Source: a virus
Taxonomy: Duplodnaviria; Caudoviricetes
DNA length: 25,927 nucleotides
Virus record (IMG/VR): IMGVR_UViG_3300020042_003206
Coordinates: 1 to 25,927 of that record
Strand: one strand, 5' to 3'
In this document: positions 23,757-25,927 of the stretch, piece after piece
How positions within the stretch are numbered: position 1 is the stretch's first letter
Layout: each line of letters begins with the position of its first letter
Notes under the pieces: generated by a model
The model's database searches: none
Told to the model about the DNA's origin: nothing
Seen by the model: the letters and a program-made list of their open reading frames with translations, nothing else
Translations under genes and position numbers: made by a program

Positions 23757-23775
23757 GGTTTTATGGAGTTGAGAG

Positions 23776-24156
23776 TTACTCAATAAACACGCCATCATCG
23801 TCAATACTGCAATCATACGGGCCAAACTCTTTCGATCTTGCGGAAAGCTGATCCCCTAATTCTCCATATCCCCTATCCCAGAATCCGCATCCATGCCCTG
23901 CTTGCGTCAGCCAAAGATCATGTCCATTCTGTGCATCGTCTCCAGCTTGTTCAAGCAATTCAGCGTGCTCTGTTTTCCAATTATGCAACGCATAAAGAAG
24001 CGTCTTTTTATTTACTGGATGCAATCTCTTCCAATGGTCAGACGCATTTCCCGATTCTCTATAATCTCCGCTGGGGGCGTTTTCGTCTGATGTCCAAAAT
24101 GCGGCTGTGAAGAATCCCCTTTCAAATGCTGGCAAGTGTTCAAGTTTAGTTTTCAT
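23776..24156 (-). CDS. Conserved phage early-region protein
   Basis: AAFWTS and GHDLWLTQAGHGCGFWDRG motifs. Confidence 0.8.
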   Translation of the reverse strand: MKTKLEHLPAFERGFFTAAFWTSDENAPSGDYRESGNASDHWKRLHPVNKKTLLYALHNWKTEHAELLEQAGDDAQNGHDLWLTQAGHGCGFWDRGYGELGDQLSARSKEFGPYDCSIDDDGVFIE

Positions 24157-24167
24157 AGTTTTAGTTT

Positions 24168-24260
24168 TTATTGATTTTTCTTGTGGTTTATGTAGGTGAA
24201 AATGCTAAAGATAATCGCAATAATTGTTGCGAGATATGGATCGATGTAGTCAGGGTGCAT
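24168..24260 (-). CDS. 30-aa single-TM peptide (not in the ORF track)
   Basis: MHPDYIDPYLATIIAIIFSIFTYINHKKNQ*; fills the gap between its neighbours. Confidence 0.55.
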   Translation of the reverse strand: MHPDYIDPYLATIIAIIFSIFTYINHKKNQ

Positions 24261-24264
24261 GGCC

Positions 24265-24471
24265 TTAAATAGTTTCCTCCCACAATACGGAACTGGCACA
24301 ATAATCGTTCCAAGATTGCAAGCCCTTTAAGAACATGGCGATGTTCCAGCGTTGCAAGGGCCTTAAGCCAAGTTCCTCCCCCCTAGCGCACAGCCAAAAG
24401 AATGAGCGATGCTTCGCAAGCTTTTGGGCGTGGCTAATATTGCCATTCAAAAAAGATTCTATGATGTTCAT
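24265..24471 (-). CDS. Hypothetical protein
   Basis: The likely start is MNIIESFLNGNISHA, just after the stop of the upstream gene. Confidence 0.6.
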   Translation of the reverse strand: MNIIESFLNGNISHAQKLAKHRSFFWLCARGEELGLRPLQRWNIAMFLKGLQSWNDYCASSVLWEETI

Positions 24472-24475
24472 TTTT

Positions 24476-24682
24476 TTAGTCCTTGTAAGAATTTCTTGCT
24501 TCAACGTGAAAGCACATTGCATTAATTGTTCCAATTCTGTTTTTTTTGCATCCATTGTATAAATACATTCTTTTGCTTATTTTTTTGCATCGGGCGTAAA
24601 AGCTGTTATGCATAGGGCTTTCATCATCAATAAAGTCAAATGTGTCACCTATTAAAAGGTTTTTAAATGTCATGTTGTTCAT
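24476..24682 (-). CDS. Hypothetical protein
   Basis: MTFKNLLIGDTFDF N-terminal motif; ATGA-coupled. Confidence 0.6.
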   Translation of the reverse strand: MNNMTFKNLLIGDTFDFIDDESPMHNSFYARCKKISKRMYLYNGCKKNRIGTINAMCFHVEARNSYKD

Positions 24683-24999
24683 TTTAGTTTTAGGCTTTGA
24701 GAACGAGCGTTCTCCTTTTCGGTGACGGCATCCATTCCCCTTAGAAAGGCGTGCATGGCATTATACAATTCGCGCTTTGAGACATGACCCACTCGGAGAA
24801 CGTCCGTGATTCCTCCGCCGTCCGTGTCCATTCTGTGGAGTGCATATCCCCCGTATGCTCCCGATAAATGATAGTTTCCTATGTTGGCAGAATACTTCTG
24901 ATTGGGTACTTCTCCGCTTTTGGTGTAGGGTTCCATCGGTGATCCTGTCGTGCGGTTTATGCGGTCAACGACCGCTTGCAAGTTGGCTTTTGTTATCAT
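24679..24999 (-). CDS. Conserved phage early-region protein
   Basis: IT...L...V.RIN, GNYHLSGAYGGYAL.RM...GGG and KRELY....AFL.G. Confidence 0.8.
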   Translation of the reverse strand: MITKANLQAVVDRINRTTGSPMEPYTKSGEVPNQKYSANIGNYHLSGAYGGYALHRMDTDGGGITDVLRVGHVSKRELYNAMHAFLRGMDAVTEKENARSQSLKLK

Positions 25000-25072
25000 G
25001 TTTTTAGTGTTGTTTTTTTGGTGTTGTTTTTTGGTTTATTTATTTCTCATGTTTTTTTGCTTGCTAATTAGT

Positions 25073-25273
25073 TCAAAAGTTTGGCTTTACGATTTCGCAA
25101 TCAAAGAACATTTGAGGAAAACAGTCGCAACGATATTGCGCTGTATCTAAATCATACGCAAAGACTTGCATTGGGGCTTCTGTCCAATCTCTTTCATCTC
25201 CATAGCAAGTTCCCCTATAGTAAAGGCCCTTGCTGTTCTGAATTGCGTATTGTTTTTTGGTCATTGTGGTCAT
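25073..25273 (-). CDS. Hypothetical protein
   Basis: AAC-rich leader; YAIQNSKGLYY motif. Confidence 0.65.
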   Translation of the reverse strand: MTTMTKKQYAIQNSKGLYYRGTCYGDERDWTEAPMQVFAYDLDTAQYRCDCFPQMFFDCEIVKPNF

Positions 25274-25300
25274 GTTGTTTTGGTTGGTTGGTGTTGTGGT

Positions 25301-25495
25301 TTAGTTGTTAGGCATTGCATGGAGGGTTACATTGCTCCACTCTATTATCTGACAAGGGTTTTCCCTTAAAAATGCTCTAATCTTTCGGGCCACCTTGTGA
25401 CGACAAGCGTGCTGATGATCGCTTAAAAGCAATCGGGGATTGGTCACTCGGTTGTAAATGCTGGTAGCTTTCTGTGCCTTTTTAAGCTTGGTCAT
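25301..25495 (-). CDS. Hypothetical basic protein
   Basis: 64-aa ORF co-oriented with its neighbours. Confidence 0.45.
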   Translation of the reverse strand: MTKLKKAQKATSIYNRVTNPRLLLSDHQHACRHKVARKIRAFLRENPCQIIEWSNVTLHAMPNN

Positions 25496-25581
25496 AGAAT
25501 CTCCATGCTTTAGGGTTTCGGATTAGGCAAACTAGGTGCAGGGTAAGCTGGCGTGTTCTGCTCATTGGTTTTTCGTTTCAG

Positions 25582-25926
25582 TTATGCGGCGGCGGCGATT
25601 GTTTCCAAGATTAAAGCATAATCTCGCTGTTCTTGTTCGTCATCGGCATCTCCCTCCATGTAGCATTTTGCGATATTCAATGCTTCAAGCATTTCTTTAA
25701 TCAATTCTGCGGCATCGTCGCAAGCATCGGCGGCTAATCCTTCGCCGTTGCAATCTGGGTCATCGTTATAGTCTTTAAGAACAGTGAAGTCTCCGTAGAA
25801 CACGCCTTTGTGTTTTACGAGTCCGTCATCCCAGAAAAGTTCTAAGATTTCTTCCTGTTTCAAATAGACTTTTATGTGCATTCCATAGGTGACTTGAACC
25901 GCATCGCATTTGATGGACTTCTCTTC
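25582..25926 (-). CDS. Hypothetical acidic protein; 5' end probably outside the window
   Basis: The frame of ORF 25582..25881 stays open to the window edge (EEKSIKCDAVQVTYG-MHIK...). Confidence 0.65.
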   Translation of the reverse strand, partial: EEKSIKCDAVQVTYGMHIKVYLKQEEILELFWDDGLVKHKGVFYGDFTVLKDYNDDPDCNGEGLAADACDDAAELIKEMLEALNIAKCYMEGDADDEQEQRDYALILETIAAAA

Positions 25927-25927
25927 A

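Noticed and set aside
1-25927. Stop-codon reassignment
   Set aside because: Genes are intact and tightly packed under the standard code, and TAA, TAG and TGA are all used as stops.

Overview
A 26 kb piece of a tailed dsDNA bacteriophage genome, probably podovirus-like given the long P22/T7-type portal. No integrase, tRNA, rRNA, CRISPR array or reverse transcriptase is visible. From 1 to 23077 the genes are densely packed on the + strand, in this order: the end of a Ser/Thr-rich protein broken by a G10 tract; two GT-A-type glycosyltransferases; a Vsr/DUF559-like endonuclease; the major capsid protein, standing alone; small virion or fibre proteins; a four-gene lysis cassette (holin-like, candidate unimolecular spanin, second membrane protein, GH108 endolysin); a candidate small RNA; an ERF recombinase, metallophosphoesterase, DUF3310 and HExxH block; a Cys-rich protein; portal, scaffold and large terminase; two PD-(D/E)XK nucleases; DnaB; an SSB-like protein; and small hypotheticals. 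A repeat-rich non-coding stretch (23078-23630, possible origin or packaging site) and a bidirectional terminator separate these from converging small - strand early-type genes. The main points of interest are a possible phase-variable virion-glycosylation module, strong avoidance of CCNGG, CCGG and GCWGC, near-leaderless promoters with Shine-Dalgarno-less AAC-rich leaders, a helical u-spanin candidate, and a capsid gene displaced from its head module. All family calls come from recognising motifs by eye; no database search was run.
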